A stretch of 64,000 bases of DNA from Mobula hypostoma (taxonomy: Eukaryota): positions 53,322,001-53,386,000 of the forward strand of contig NC_086108.1 of assembly GCF_963921235.1 (NCBI RefSeq), in the 5' to 3' direction. Of the stretch, positions 51,701 to 60,759 are shown piece by piece. How positions within the stretch are numbered: the stretch's first letter is position 1; each line of letters opens with the position of its first letter. A program made the translations under genes and the position numbers. The notes under the pieces were generated by a model, which was not told where the DNA came from, did not search any database, and worked only from the letters and a program-made list of their open reading frames with translations.

Positions 51701-54700
51701 TGAGGTAGTGTCCAAAGCTTCAATGCCCATTTAGGAATCGGATGGCAGAGGGGAAGAAGCTGTTCCTGAATCGTTGAGTGTGTGCCTTCAGGCTTCTGTA
51801 CCTCCTACCTGATGGTAACAGTGAAAAAAGGGCATTCCTTGGGAGCTGGAGGTCTTTAATAATGGACACTGCCTTCCTGAGACACCGCTCCCTAAAGATG
51901 TCCTGGGTACTTTGTAGGCTAGTGCCCAAGATGGCACTGACTAGATTTACAACCTTCTGCAGCTTCTTTCGGTCCTGTGCAGTAGTCCCTCCATACCAGA
52001 CAGTGATGCAGCCTGTCAGACTGCTGTCCACAGTACAACTGTAGAAGTTTTTGAGTGTATTTGTTGACATGCCAAATCTCTTCAAACTCCTAATAAAGTA
52101 TAGCCGCTGTCTTGCCTTCTTTATGACTACATCAATATGTTGGGGACTACATCGATATGTTAGAATAGCTGCAAAGTCTCAAAGTAGTTGATAGCTTGGT
52201 AGTCTAAATATTGACTTGAGGAGATGTAGGAAAGATTGGGTAACTTGATGTAGATTAGTCACTAGGTGTGTTTGGAATATATCTTGGGCTGTTGAAGGAA
52301 TTGAAGGTGGAAATTAGTTTTAGAGAGATGCTACATGGAAACAGGCCCTTCAATCCATGGAGTCTGTGCTGCCCATCAGCACTAATTTTACATTGATCCA
52401 ATATTAATCCCATTTTTATTTTTTCCACATTTCTGTCAACTCCCACCCCACAAATCAACTGCTTACTGTGGGAACAATTTACAATGTCCAATTAACCTAC
52501 GATCCTGCACATCTTTGAGCTGTGGGAAAAACTGGGGCATCTGAAAGAAACCCTAGTGGTCACCGGCAAAATAGTTCAAATCCCACACACACAGCATGTC
52601 AGTTCCAATGGGTTATTATTCCTCCAATATTCTACTTTTCAGGTGACATTTTTTATTTATTGATTTTGCATAAATAAGAGTGCATGTGACAAGCTGATTA
52701 ATTTCCCAGCTCACCATAAGCGTATTATTTCACGTTTTCTCTGAAAATTATTGGTGATGGTGATTACATAATTTAAATTTTAACAAGATATTTATGCCAG
52801 TGTTTTTGTATTTACAGAATGCTCTACAGATGGCTGGGCAAACGAATACTTGTGTTAGTCAAATCAAATTCACAGCTGTTGTAATATACAGGTTATGTGG
52901 CAAGTGTTATGCTCCTATACCATAGATGTCCAGATTACAAATAAATGATGATTATTTCCAAGCAGCTAGTTCTAATACAAAACTACCACCAAGTTGCAAA
53001 TTCCACGCACATCGTGGATACAAAATTGAGAATAAATGGTGTGAATTACCCCAGGAAGTAAGGATTAATCTTCAATAAACAGAAGTCTTGTTGGTATTCT
53101 AGTTATCATTTATCCTTTTATCTATCTGTGATTTTGAATCATCCTTATAAACCATCGCTGGTAGTTATAGTTACTGGTACATTAATAAAAAGATTTCTTT
53201 CTGACAGTGAAGAGACAATTGGAGTATATTTTTTAATTAGTGGTGTTGCCGCTCATCTATCTTGCTATTGATCAAAATAGCACTGATGACCAACGGTGAT
53301 GCGTTGCAGACTGCACACAAAACTTCTAAATATACTGCTTCTCAACTACTATCACTGCAATCCGCAGTCTGATTTTTCCCTTTGAGTGGCGTACTATTAA
53401 ACCGTCTTAACAAACTAACAGTATCCTAAAGCAGTGGTCCCCAACCGCCGAGCCGCGGACCGATACCAATCCGCGAAGCATGCAGGGGTGCAGCGGTAGC
53501 CGGAATGTACCCAACACATCTTTAAGAAAAAAGCCGAAATAAACAAGCTAATTAATTAGGTGCCGCCCGGCACGTAAATGTCGGCCCAGATCAGAGGTGA
53601 TTGTGCGTCGCAGTCTCAACTCTCGGGGATGCAAGTATGGCAGCTTTTAAGCAGATGAAGGCACATCACCATGCCCAGAAGAGAGGGAGGAGGGGAGGAC
53701 TGCCAGCCAGACTAAAATGCTGAAGTGTAAAACTTCCTCTATCCAGTATCTCATTAGCAAATGTAGTCACTGGAGAACAAGATTGAGGATTAAGGGCAAG
53801 ATTACTGTTTCATAGAAACATAGAAACATAGAAAATAGGTGCAGGAGTAGGCCATTCGGCCCTTCGAGCCTGCACCGCCATTTATTATGATCATGGCTGA
53901 TCATCCAACTCAGAACCCAGCCTTCCCTCCATACCCCCTGACCCCTGTAGCCACAAGGGCCATATCTAACTTCCTTTTAAACATAGCTAATGAACTGGCC
54001 TCAACAGTTTGCTGTGGCAGAGAATTCCACAGATTCACCACTCTCTGTGTGAAGAAGTTTTTCCTAACCTCGGTCCTAAAAGGCTTCCCCTCTATCCTCA
54101 AACTGTGACCCCTCGTTCTAGACCTCCCCAACATCGGGAACAATCTTCCTGCATCTAGCCTGTCCAATCCCTTTAGGATCTTATACGTTTCGAAGGGAAA
54201 TGAGGGATTGCTGTGTTTTGTGTTTCACGGAGAAATGACTCACTCGGTCAAGCCGGATATGTTGGTAAGACCTGATGGCTTCTTGAGACACTGTATGTAC
54301 AGGACTGCTGATTTTGAGGACAAAATGTGGGGGTTTATGTTTCATGATAAACTCTTCGTGGTGCTCGAACATAGTGGTTTTGTCACAGTCTTGTTTCTCC
54401 AGCCTGGAACATCTAATGATTAAATGCCACCTATTCTACTTAACAAGAGAGTTCTCCTCTGTGATCTTAACCAGGTGGTCAATGCAGTTGAGGTATTGAA
54501 TGCAGCAATAAGTAAACAAGAAACTGCCTACCCCGATTCTTTGCAAATTATTGTCATGACCTTCAGTCAGACTTGTTTGAAGAATCCTCTGCCCAGTTAT
54601 CATCAACATATCAACTGCAGCACAAGTGGTCCCAACACACTTGACCATTGTTACACTAGGATTAGAAATGCCTACCATTCCATGCCTAGACCACATTTTG

Positions 54701-57696
54701 AGTAATTTGTCCTCCTTCTACCTGTATACACACAGAGGTTAAAGCTCAAGTCTCCAGAAGTAAGAACAGCAAAGAGATGGTCACGGGTAGCAGAGGAGTG
54801 GCTACAGGACTACTTTGAGTCAGTGAACTGGGTCATGTTCAAGGACTCATCAAAAGATCTGAACAAATATGCCACAGTTGTCATGGACGAGTGTGTCCCC
54901 ACAAAATCACTTAGAGTCTTCCCCAGCCAGCAGCCCTGGTTGAACCAAACGATTTGCAATCTTCTGAGGGCCAGATCAATGGAATTCAGGTCTGTAATGT
55001 ACAGGAGATCCGGGTACAATCACTGGAAAGCCGTTTCAAATGCAAAGTGGTAATTCCAGTCCAAACTGGAATCTCAGAAGAATGCTTGACAGCTGTAGCA
55101 GGGCTTGAATGCTCTCACCTCCTACAAAGTAAAACCAAGCGACATATGTGGAACAAAGCTTTGCTCTAAGATGAGATCAGTGCCTTTTATGCTTGCTTTG
55201 ACTGACAAAACCTGGAAGCGCCTTCACAATTTTCCACAGACCTTCAGTCTTTGATGCCAACATGAGAGCATCCTTTAGGATGGTGAACCCATGGAAAGCA
55301 TCTGGCCCAGACGGGGTACCTGGCCGAGTACTGAAGACCTGTGCTGATCAGCTGGCTGGAGTATTCACTGAGATCTTTAACCTCTCATTTTGGTAGTCTG
55401 AAGTACTCGCCTGCTTCATTCAAGCTTCAGTTATACCAGTGCCTAAGAAGAATGTGGTAACCTGCCTTCTATCATCCAGTAGCACTTACAACCACTGTAA
55501 TTAAGTGCTTTGAGAGGTTTGTGATGAAACATATCAACTCCTGCCTGAGGATCAACTTGGATCTCTTCTAGTTTGTCTACTGTCACAACAGGTCAACACT
55601 AGATGCCATTTCATTGGCTCTTTACTGAACCCTGGAAATCTGGATAGTAAAGATGCATCCATCAGGATGTTCTTCATTGACAACAGCCCTACATTCAATA
55701 CTGTCATCCCCTCAAAACTAACCAATAAGCTCCAATACCTTGGCCTCAGTACCTCCTTGTGCAACTGGGTCCTCGATTTCCTCACTTGCAGACCCCAGTC
55801 AATTCAGATTGCAACAACATCTCCATAATCACCATCAGCACAGGTGCATCATAAGACTGTGTGTTTAGCCCCTGCTCTACTCGCTTTATACTTACGTTTG
55901 TGAGGCTTAGCACAGCTCCAATGCCTGCTAAGTTTGCTGATGACACCACTGTTGTTGGTCCAATCAAAGGTGGTGACGAATCAGCATAAAGGAGGGTGAA
56001 CGAAAATTTGGCTGAGTGATGCCACAACAAGAACTTTCGCTCACTGTCAGCAAGACAAAGGATTGATTATTGACTTCATGAGGAGGAAACCAGAGCTCCG
56101 TGAGTCAGTCTCATTGGGGGATCAGAGGTGGAGAAGGTCAGCAACTTTAAATTCCTTAGTGTTCTCATTCCGGAGTATCTGTCCTGGGTCCAACACATAA
56201 GTGCAATAATGAAAGAAGCACGGCAGTGCCTCTACTTTTATTTTATTTTACTTTTTATTGAGATACGGCATGGAATAGGCACGCCACCCAGCAACCCTTG
56301 ATTTAACCCTAGTCTAATCATGGGATAACTTATAATGACGAATTAACCTACTAACTGGCATGTCTTTGGACTGTGGAAAGAAACTGGAGCACCCGGAGGA
56401 AACCCACTTGGTCATGGGGAGAACATACAAACTCCTTACAGGCAGCAGCGGGATTTGAACCTGGGTTGCTGGTACTGTAAAGCGTTGTGCTAACCATTAT
56501 GTTAACATGCTTTCTTTCATAGAAGTTTGTGAATATTTGGTATGTCATCTAAAGCTTTGACAAACTTCTATAGATGTGCAGTGGAGAGTATCCTGGTATG
56601 GAAGCACCAATGCCGTTGAATGGAAAAGTAGTGGGTATATCCTAGTCCATCAGTGGTAAAGCCCTCTCCGCCATTGAGCACCTCTACAAGAAGCATTGTC
56701 GCTGGAAAGCAGATCATCATCAAGGACTCCCACCAATCAGGCCATGCTCTGTTCTCGCTGCAGCCATAATGCAGGAGATACAGAAGCCTCAGGACCCACA
56801 CCAACAGCTTCAGGAATAGTTATTACCCCTCAACCATCAGGTTCTTGAACCAGAGGGGATAACTTCACTCAACTTCACTTATCCCACCACTGATCTGTTT
56901 CCATATCCTATAGACTCACTTTGACACATTCTTCATCTCATATTCATGATAGTTATTGCTCTTTTCTTTTTGCACAGTTGTCTTTTGCACATTGGTTGTT
57001 TGTCCATCCTGTGTTCAGTTTTTCATTGATTCTGTGGTGTTTCCCACAAGAAAATTAATCTCAGGGTTGTATATGATGACATATATGTACTTTGATAATA
57101 AATTTACTTTGATCTTTGAACTTGCCCCATCAAAGTAGGTCATGTTTTTCAGCAAAGAATCCCTGACCTACTCCTAAATCTTTGCATCTGGTCAGATTTA
57201 TTGCGCTGTATTTGCTGTGGGCCGAAACTGAGCTTTGGTGAGCTATTATTCATGAGGGGCATTGGTTGTAAACTGTTTTGGATGAAACCAAGGATCTATA
57301 TGTATAAATAATCCCTTCTCAGTCATTTCAAATTTTGCCATGTAAGTATCTCTAAAAGAACATTTCAAACAGATTATTGCATATTGATCAGTAAGAAACT
57401 GATATAATTTTCCTCTCCCTTGCTCATATACAATGAAGAGAGTAATTTCAATTTTTTAAAATGATATCCTAGCTGAAATCAGCCAATATGCCATGGAGCA
57501 TGGAATGATTAAAATTGGAAAAAGGATTATGTAGAAATTATTATCCCTTCTATGTCAGCCTCAAATTTGCCACAAAAGTATAACATAGAAATATTAATTT
57601 TAATATTTCTCTTGTTTGTAGGTCTGCCAACATGTGATGCCTGTCGATGAGAGGCGAGAATGGATTTACTGCTGCACAGAAAGCATTGTGACTTGA
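3628..57696 (+). CDS. EFCAB7: EF-hand calcium-binding domain-containing protein 7, 5'-partial spliced gene (11 coding exons in window, 1485 nt = 494 aa + stop)
   Basis: Exons 3628-3714, 9554-9743, 10414-10538, 22574-22715, 26324-26433, 29242-29396, 30155-30288, 40635-40783, 42607-42816, 44096-44203 and 57622-57696 have AG acceptors and GT donors (the last ends at TGA), with compatible phases. The translation ([76 protein letters not shown]) matches vertebrate EFCAB7 as I recall it. Confidence 0.95.
5010..5250 (+). mobile_element. V-domain SINE (HE1-like), 5'-truncated
   Basis: V domain ggagtttgtatgttctccctgtgactgcatgggtttcc..ggtgctcc..tttcctcccacagt.caaagac plus a CR1-like tail. Confidence 0.8.
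6228..6800 (-). mobile_element. Rex1/Babar-type LINE 3' fragment
   Basis: ORF 6540..6749 [30 protein letters not shown] is the Rex1/Babar post-RT region; (gaatca)n tail. Confidence 0.85.
7341..7881 (-). mobile_element. Tc1/mariner-type DNA transposon, internally deleted
   Basis: Degenerate TIRs: TAcactgggtggtcattttgttagatgca and tgtatccaataaagtggccacatagcaTA; internal gctgctgtagcccatccac..cattcagagatgct is typical of the Tc1 transposase antisense strand. Confidence 0.7.
8500..8890 (+). mobile_element. L2 LINE 3' remnant
   Basis: ccattggcagctgtgccttcagctgc..aagctctggaattcactgcc..ctttgactgaactttt is an L2-type 3' end. Confidence 0.65.
9554..9743 (+). CDS. EFCAB7: EFCAB7 exon ([33 protein letters not shown]...ETIPRK)
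   Basis: ctctacag acceptor, gtaata donor, 190 nt, phase 0/1, open frame. Confidence 0.9.
10414..10538 (+). CDS. EFCAB7: EFCAB7 exon ([42 protein letters not shown])
   Basis: ttacag acceptor, gtaatt donor, 125 nt, phase 1/0. Confidence 0.9.
12191..13490 (-). mobile_element. Rex1/Babar-type LINE 3' fragment interrupted by a PLE
   Basis: ORF 13069..13317 [21 protein letters not shown]; the 3' UTR continues across the PLE insertion. Confidence 0.7.
12313..13048 (+). mobile_element. Penelope-like element 3' fragment (GIY-YIG C-terminus + pLTR with an internal inverted segment)
   Basis: [53 protein letters not shown] remnants; TSD CAGAATATAG at 12303-12312 and 13049-13058. Confidence 0.9.
13847..14009 (-). 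mobile_element. solo PLE pLTR terminus containing a hammerhead motif
   Basis: Reverse complement of the pLTR end seen at 34450-34608; TSD ATTATGGGCCA at 13836-13846 and 14010-14020. Confidence 0.9.
14295..14500. mobile_element. palindromic mini-PLE (two inverted pLTR termini), degraded
   Basis: The left arm (aatctgcagatgctgg..agtcgacgtt) is inverted against the right arm (cagtcctgcagaagg..cattttgtgtgtg); TSD AATATAAAC at 14286-14294 and 14501-14509. Confidence 0.8.
14590..15652 (+). mobile_element. Penelope-like element fragment (RT C-terminal/linker region, GIY-YIG endonuclease, partial pLTR)
   Basis: ORFs [38 protein letters not shown] and [33 protein letters not shown]. Confidence 0.9.
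15749..15965. mobile_element. palindromic mini-PLE, degraded
   Basis: Inverted pLTR termini around ctgataaagggacttggcccgaagcatcgact; TSD TTATCAGTT at 15740-15748 and 15966-15974. Confidence 0.75.
16197..17466 (-). mobile_element. Rex1/Babar-type LINE, 5'-truncated (RT + C-terminus)
   Basis: ORFs [33 protein letters not shown] and [16 protein letters not shown]; (attca)n tail. Confidence 0.9.
20592..20609 (-). promoter_or_regulatory. CTCF-binding motif
   Basis: The minus strand reads TGCACCAGGTGGCGCTCT, a near-consensus match to CCACCAG(G/A)(G/T)GGCGCT, in non-repeat intronic DNA. Confidence 0.55.
22574..22715 (+). CDS. EFCAB7: EFCAB7 exon ([47 protein letters not shown])
   Basis: tttttattatag acceptor, gtataa donor, 142 nt, phase 0/1. 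Confidence 0.95.
26324..26433 (+). CDS. EFCAB7: EFCAB7 exon ([37 protein letters not shown])
   Basis: ctgctcag acceptor, gtcaga donor, 110 nt, phase 1/0. Confidence 0.93.
27080..27368 (+). mobile_element. tRNA-derived SINE, full length, with a conserved central domain (CORE/Meta-like; family uncertain)
   Basis: A box TAGCTAAGTGG, B box GGTTTGAGTCT, central tgagcaaggcacctaacc..gaatgggtacc, (acttta)n tail. Confidence 0.75.
27478..27915 (+). mobile_element. V-domain SINE interrupted by a mini-PLE
   Basis: gggtttcctccagatgctctggtttcttcctacat.ccaaa..gcaggttag..; CR1-like tail at ~27865-27915. Confidence 0.7.
27584..27747. mobile_element. partly palindromic mini-PLE
   Basis: Inverted pLTR tail joined to a sense pLTR end; TSD ATGTAGATGAGTG at 27571-27583 and 27748-27760. 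Confidence 0.9.
29242..29396 (+). CDS. EFCAB7: EFCAB7 exon ([51 protein letters not shown])
   Basis: cctataacag acceptor, gtatga donor, 155 nt, phase 0/2. Confidence 0.95.
30155..30288 (+). CDS. EFCAB7: EFCAB7 exon, EF-hand ([44 protein letters not shown])
   Basis: ttttcctttgcttag acceptor, gtgagg donor, 134 nt, phase 2/1; canonical EF loop [12 protein letters not shown]; lies within ORF 30111..30440. Confidence 0.96.
30569..30680 (-). mobile_element. solo PLE pLTR terminus (112 bp) with an intact hammerhead motif
   Basis: TSD TGAGAAAAGAAGATG at 30554-30568 and 30681-30695. Confidence 0.92.
30631..30666 (-). ncRNA. minimal type-I hammerhead ribozyme motif, core intact
   Basis: Minus strand AGTC CTGACGA AGGGTCTCGGCCT GAAACGTC GACT: CUGAnGA box, short stem II, GAAA box, palindromic ACGU in place of stem III, GUC cleavage triplet, AGUC/GACU stem I. 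Confidence 0.8.
32050..32260. mobile_element. old palindromic mini-PLE remnant
   Basis: actggagaaactcaatgcatcaagtcacacctatg on the left and gatgatgctcaacctgctgagc..ttctagcatttgcag on the right resemble degraded inverted pLTR termini. Confidence 0.5.
33770..33805 (-). ncRNA. hammerhead motif variant (ACGU palindrome changed to AUGU)
   Basis: Minus strand AGTC CTGACGA AGGGTCTCGGCCC GAAATGTC GACT. Confidence 0.7.
34473..34508 (+). ncRNA. hammerhead motif variant (ACGU palindrome changed to AUGU)
   Basis: AGTC CTGACGA AGGGTCTCGGCCT GAAATGTC GACT. Confidence 0.7.
34900..35510 (-). mobile_element. older degraded PLE (pLTR + GIY-YIG C-terminus)
   Basis: Purine-rich antisense pLTR; cagatggaatattagatgttgtt is the reverse of QHLIFHL-like sequence; gttgaaatggcacgcaactggag is the reverse of PVACHFN. 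Confidence 0.6.
36598..36700. repeat. compound (TA)n/(TG)n microsatellite
   Basis: tatatatata..gtgtgtgtgt..atatatatat runs. Confidence 0.95.
36840..37056 (+). mobile_element. LINE 3'-end fragment with (ATCT)n tail
   Basis: T-rich UTR, caatttccctcgggatcaataaagta, then atctatctatct; the layout is typical of Rex/L2-group 3' ends. Confidence 0.6.
37558..37774. mobile_element. palindromic mini-PLE (217 bp), young
   Basis: Arms ~37598-37672 and ~37699-37774 are near-perfect inverted repeats; TSD CTGAGTTTTCAGAA at 37544-37557 and 37775-37788. Confidence 0.92.
37676..37711 (+). ncRNA. minimal type-I hammerhead ribozyme motif, core intact
   Basis: AGTC CTGATGA AGGGTCTCGGCCT GAAACGTC GACT; predicted cleavage between 37707 and 37708. 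Confidence 0.8.
37785..40120 (-). mobile_element. Rex1/Babar-type LINE with 5' end, internally deleted (APE endonuclease + partial RT + 3' end)
   Basis: ORF 39232..39840 [33 protein letters not shown] (APE); ORF 38304..38519 [30 protein letters not shown] runs directly into [10 protein letters not shown]. Confidence 0.9.
40635..40783 (+). CDS. EFCAB7: EFCAB7 exon ([50 protein letters not shown])
   Basis: ctgcacag acceptor, gtatgt donor, 149 nt, phase 1/0; lies within ORF 40562..40813. Confidence 0.96.
40835..41810 (-). mobile_element. PLE reverse transcriptase fragment (minus, to ~41680) joined to a plus-strand pLTR terminus (41681-41810)
   Basis: [50 protein letters not shown] (PLE RT); flanked by TTTACAATAA(G/A)AGAGAA at 40825-40841 and 41810-41826. 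Confidence 0.92.
41683..41718 (+). ncRNA. hammerhead motif with a core substitution (CUGA to CCGA), probably inactive
   Basis: AGTC CCGACGA AGGGTTCCAGCCT GAAACGTC GACT. Confidence 0.6.
42300..42540 (+). mobile_element. L2 3' remnant
   Basis: ggtagctatgccttcagtctgttaggcc..ctaaccaagcttttgattac; similar to 8690-8820. Confidence 0.5.
42607..42816 (+). CDS. EFCAB7: EFCAB7 exon ([26 protein letters not shown]...[11 protein letters not shown])
   Basis: ttttttttatatag acceptor, gtatgt donor, 210 nt, phase 0/0. Confidence 0.95.
43570..43990 (-). mobile_element. CR1 3' fragment with a local duplication
   Basis: ORF 43616..43819 [18 protein letters not shown] is a CR1 ORF2 C-terminus. Confidence 0.75.
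44096..44203 (+). CDS. EFCAB7: EFCAB7 exon ([36 protein letters not shown])
   Basis: ccctttttgcag acceptor, gtgagt donor, 108 nt, phase 0/0. Confidence 0.95.
44555..46545 (-). mobile_element. CR1 LINE fragment interrupted by a Rex1/Babar insertion
   Basis: ORF 45722..46033 [37 protein letters not shown]; the CR1 sequence (cccctt / aaacattttacc) resumes across 44773-45500. Confidence 0.85.
44773..45500 (+). mobile_element. Rex1/Babar-type LINE 3' fragment nested in CR1
   Basis: ORF 44954..45361 [49 protein letters not shown]. Confidence 0.92.
47473..47798 (-). mobile_element. young tRNA-derived SINE with A-rich tail
   Basis: Minus strand starts GGGCCGACTAGTGGCGCAACG (A box) .. GGTTCGAAACT (B box); tail A7(TAAAA)n; perfect 15-bp TSD TGGAAGGAAATTTTA at 47458-47472 and 47799-47813; CpG-rich. 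Confidence 0.85.
48114..50236 (-). mobile_element. CR1 LINE, 5'-truncated and internally deleted ORF2 (APE remnant + RT + 3' UTR)
   Basis: [77 protein letters not shown]; (tttctatg)-type tail. Confidence 0.95.
51500..52160 (-). mobile_element. Rex1/Babar-type LINE 3' fragment
   Basis: ORF 51720..52085 [48 protein letters not shown]. Confidence 0.92.
52325..52610 (-). mobile_element. V-domain SINE
   Basis: CR1-like tail catggaaacaggcccttc and the reverse V domain catctttgagctgtgggaaaaactggggcatc. Confidence 0.7.
53432..53600. mobile_element. hAT (Charlie-like) transposon end, only one TIR visible
   Basis: Starts CAGTGGTCCCCAACC, a hAT-Charlie-type TIR; CpG-rich; no matching GGTTGGGGACCACTG seen. 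Confidence 0.55.
53812..54186 (-). mobile_element. CR1 3' fragment nested in the Rex1/Babar APE region
   Basis: Nearly the same sequence as 48114-48490; (catagaaa)n tail; GTTTC at both junctions (53807-53811, 54187-54191). Confidence 0.92.
56240..56510 (-). mobile_element. V-domain tRNA SINE nested in Rex1/Babar
   Basis: Reverse V domain tgtctttggactgtgg..aaactggagcacccggaggaaaccca..gagaacatacaaactcc; reverse B box ggatttgaacc. Confidence 0.85.
57622..57696 (+). CDS. EFCAB7: EFCAB7 last coding exon ([24 protein letters not shown])
   Basis: tttctcttgtttgtag acceptor, TGA at 57694-57696; resembles the EFCAB7 C-terminus VCQHVMP..ERxEWIY. Confidence 0.95.
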   Translation, partial: VCQHVMPVDERREWIYCCTESIVT

Positions 57697-58307
57697 AATG
57701 CAATGTAGGAAAGGAGCTGTATTATTGAGCTCCATTATTAAGCTGCATTATAACGCATCTGGGTGACAATGTTCCTTTGTGCAAATTGTGCACGTTAAAT
57801 TGACACTACTTTGTGCTTTCTAATGTATTTTTAATTGATCTAATTTATTCGCTGGCTAAATGTTTTGTATAATCATGGTTCTATGGAATATCCATTTACT
57901 AGTCAAGGGAAATTATTGATGTTGATTTGTGAAGTCACGCTATGCAAGAAAACTTCTTTTGAGAGTGGATGGGGAATAATTTCATATGATACATTATTTT
58001 CATTATATGTGTTTGTAAGCACTACTTTAATTACAACAGCACAAGATTTTTAAAATATCAGTGCTTAGTAGCCTAAAAGCATAGATATTGGAGCATATCT
58101 CGCAAGCAGATGGTCTCCTGGCCATCCATCAATCCAGTCCATCTGCTTCTACTAAAATGTGTTTTATAGGGCTTTTGGCCAGGCTACCAGATGCAGTATC
58201 TTGTGTTTGAGTGGCATTTGCCGTACCAAAACTGAAGCTGATATTCCATTATGCCACACGACATGGTTCCCTTGAAGATGCAAGTGGTCAAGGCAAACAG
58301 AGTTTTA

Positions 58308-58313
58308 AATAAA
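58308..58313 (+). promoter_or_regulatory. candidate polyadenylation signal for EFCAB7
   Basis: First AATAAA I found downstream of the stop codon (~610 nt); another lies at 60335-60340. Cannot be resolved without 3'-end data. Confidence 0.3.
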
Positions 58314-58489
58314 ACCATTTAAACAAGTGTATGGATAGGAAAAGTTTAGAGGGATATGGGCCAAACACAGGCAAATGGGACTTGGCATCTTGGTCAACAT
58401 GGATGAGTAGAGCTGAAAGGCCTTTATCTGTGCTGTATGACTCAATGACTTAAATAGTTATGGTATGAAATTTTGAGACTATTGGAATG

Positions 58490-58750
58490 TTACAATACCT
58501 CAGCTAGTAGAGCTGCTGCTTCCCAACATGAGATCCAGGCCCAATCCTGACTTCTATGTGGAGTTTACCCTTTCTCCCTGTGACTACATGGGTATAAATT
58601 GCCCCTAAAATGTAGGTGAATGGTAAAATCTGAGGGAGTCGATAGGAATGTTGGAAGATTAAAATGGGATTAATATAAGTGGATGGTTGATGGTCAGTGT
58701 CAACTTGGTGGGCCAAAGGACCTGTTTCCATACGGTACCGTTCTATGACC
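58490..58750 (+). mobile_element. V-domain SINE, degraded (preceded by a CR1 tail at ~58310-58450)
   Basis: gtagagctgctgc..gtggagtttaccctttctccctgtgactacatgggt..gtgggccaaaggacctgtttcc. Confidence 0.7.
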
Positions 58751-59590
58751 CTGGCTATAACACCTAGCTAGTGTGCTTTTTAATGTGAGAGGAAAGAGAG
58801 CTGAAGGTGCAAGTAACAGTGTAATAGATGTTGGACTTTAAAAGGCACAATGAACAGTAGTGTGGAGAGATTAAAGAAACTGGAACTAAAGTGTGCATAT
58901 GATAAAATCAGCACCATCTTACATTACTAAATTAACGACACAGAATTCTGGTTCTTAATCTGTACAAAAGAACTGATGTAATTTTAGATGTGACATAATA
59001 TCGACTGACCAGTGCAAAAAACATTTATGGAAATATCTTTTTTGGAGTAGTATTAATGACTTATCGCTTTCTCTTCAACATAACAGGCTCTGGTTACTAT
59101 CTCCCTTTATAACATAAAGTCCTGGTTCCCACGTTCCTCTTAAACTCACTAGGGCTAGGTTTCCATGTTCCCTTTATTGAATTGCCAGCAGCAAAGTCCA
59201 ATGGGTGTTGGATTGTTAGAGTTTTACATCATTGCAATTGGGCTTTCTCAGAAGGATTTCATTTACAAGTACAATTTGGTTTAACTGCCAGAGTCTTGCT
59301 CCCCAGGCAGCCTCCTGATTATTAGACAGTTTGTGTAACAAGGATAAAAAATTTAGAAAATTTCCTCGGACATTGGCTAACTGCAACTTAACCATATGTA
59401 AATTGGCTGTGTCTGTCTAAGAGACCACCTGGCTGGTATGAGTGGTGCAAAAGTATCAGACTGACCAAGTAACAGACACCTTTGCAAGGCTGCATGAAAA
59501 CACCTAATCTTGTCATAGTTAAGTCTAGTGTATGCGATACTGAGACACGTCCTTTAAGACAGAATCTGCTCCCAATGCCTAATTCTAATG

Positions 59591-60042
59591 GAGCGGGAGG
59601 AGAAGATGGTGGCACGCCTGCGTGTGCACAGCCCTCCAGTGAAAAATGATATTGTATCTGTTAAAGAGGGGCCGTGGACAATTCTGATTTGATGAAGAAT
59701 GGAAGTGAAAGCACAGAGGAACATCTGGAGAAATTTCTGAAACGCCCGTTCACTGCTGTCGTTACTGTGTTGTCGGGAATCTTTCAAAGGGTAGGCCTCA
59801 AAATCCCTGGCCTTGCCTGCTTTTGGCGACCAAGAAGGAGGTCGAATTGTTTGGACAGATTCGAGTGTCGGAGAGCTGATCAGAGCGCGATGTTTTCGGA
59901 AATTATGTGGTTTTGTCAGTTTTTTCAGTCTTGGTTTGTCCTGTGTTTTGTGATATCACACCGGAGGAAATAATGTATCATTTCTTAATGCATGCATTAC
60001 TAAATGACAATAAGAGAGGACTACGTGTCTTCATAATCATCA
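59591..60042 (+). mobile_element. non-coding bipartite retroposon, copy 1
   Basis: 5' gaagatggtggc start and 3' end homologous to the reverse complement of 61995-62645; (atc/taatc) tail; possible TSD TAATG at 59586-59590 and 60043-60047. Confidence 0.7.
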
Positions 60043-60759
60043 TAATGTCCTTCATCTTGCTAAACAAAAGTACACATATCAGACAAATTCTACATCACAT
60101 GCTTTATTTTTAACATACCAGAAATTTAGCTATTGGATATTGTGGCAATTTTTATTCTATTTTCAAAAATAACATTGGTTTTGGTATTTTTTATATTAGT
60201 GGAAAAAATCAATTTACACTCAACACTAAATACTCAAGGTAATCTCACCCAACTTTTTACCCATTTCATTCACTTTTTCTGTTGCTCTGGAGGATCAATG
60301 TTGTATACCATCTGTGAACACATTGTAATTCATGAATAAAGCTTTTTCCAAAATCTGTGATTCATTGAGGTTTTGGTGTGTTTTGGCAGAGACTTCTCTG
60401 TTTACTGACTACTTTCTGTGTCTGTTAATTGTACTGTTGAAAATAACATGAAGTTGGCATGTTTCTTACGAATTGCATTTCGGCCTCTCAAATAATTCTC
60501 TGGCACTTTCCAATCTTTTCTGCTACTTGGAGCAATCTTTTAAAAACTTGCCAACCTATTTATGCACCATATCTCGTTTATTACTAGTATTCCATCATAT
60601 TTCTTGCCCCAATCTCTGTATTCTGGGTGACTTCATACTACACCTCAGCTCCCTGTAATCTTTGACTTCACCAGCTACTATTCTACCTCAAAATCACCCA
60701 TTCTGTAAATTCTGCAATCTGTATCCCTGCTCAAATTCATTATCTGCCCGCCCATCTCT

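Larger units (their letters stand above)
53290..57122 (+). mobile_element. near full-length degenerate Rex1/Babar-type LINE with three nested insertions
   Basis: [25 protein letters not shown] | [13 protein letters not shown] (APE), [50 protein letters not shown]; 3' end aataaatttactttgatctttgaac. Confidence 0.9.
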
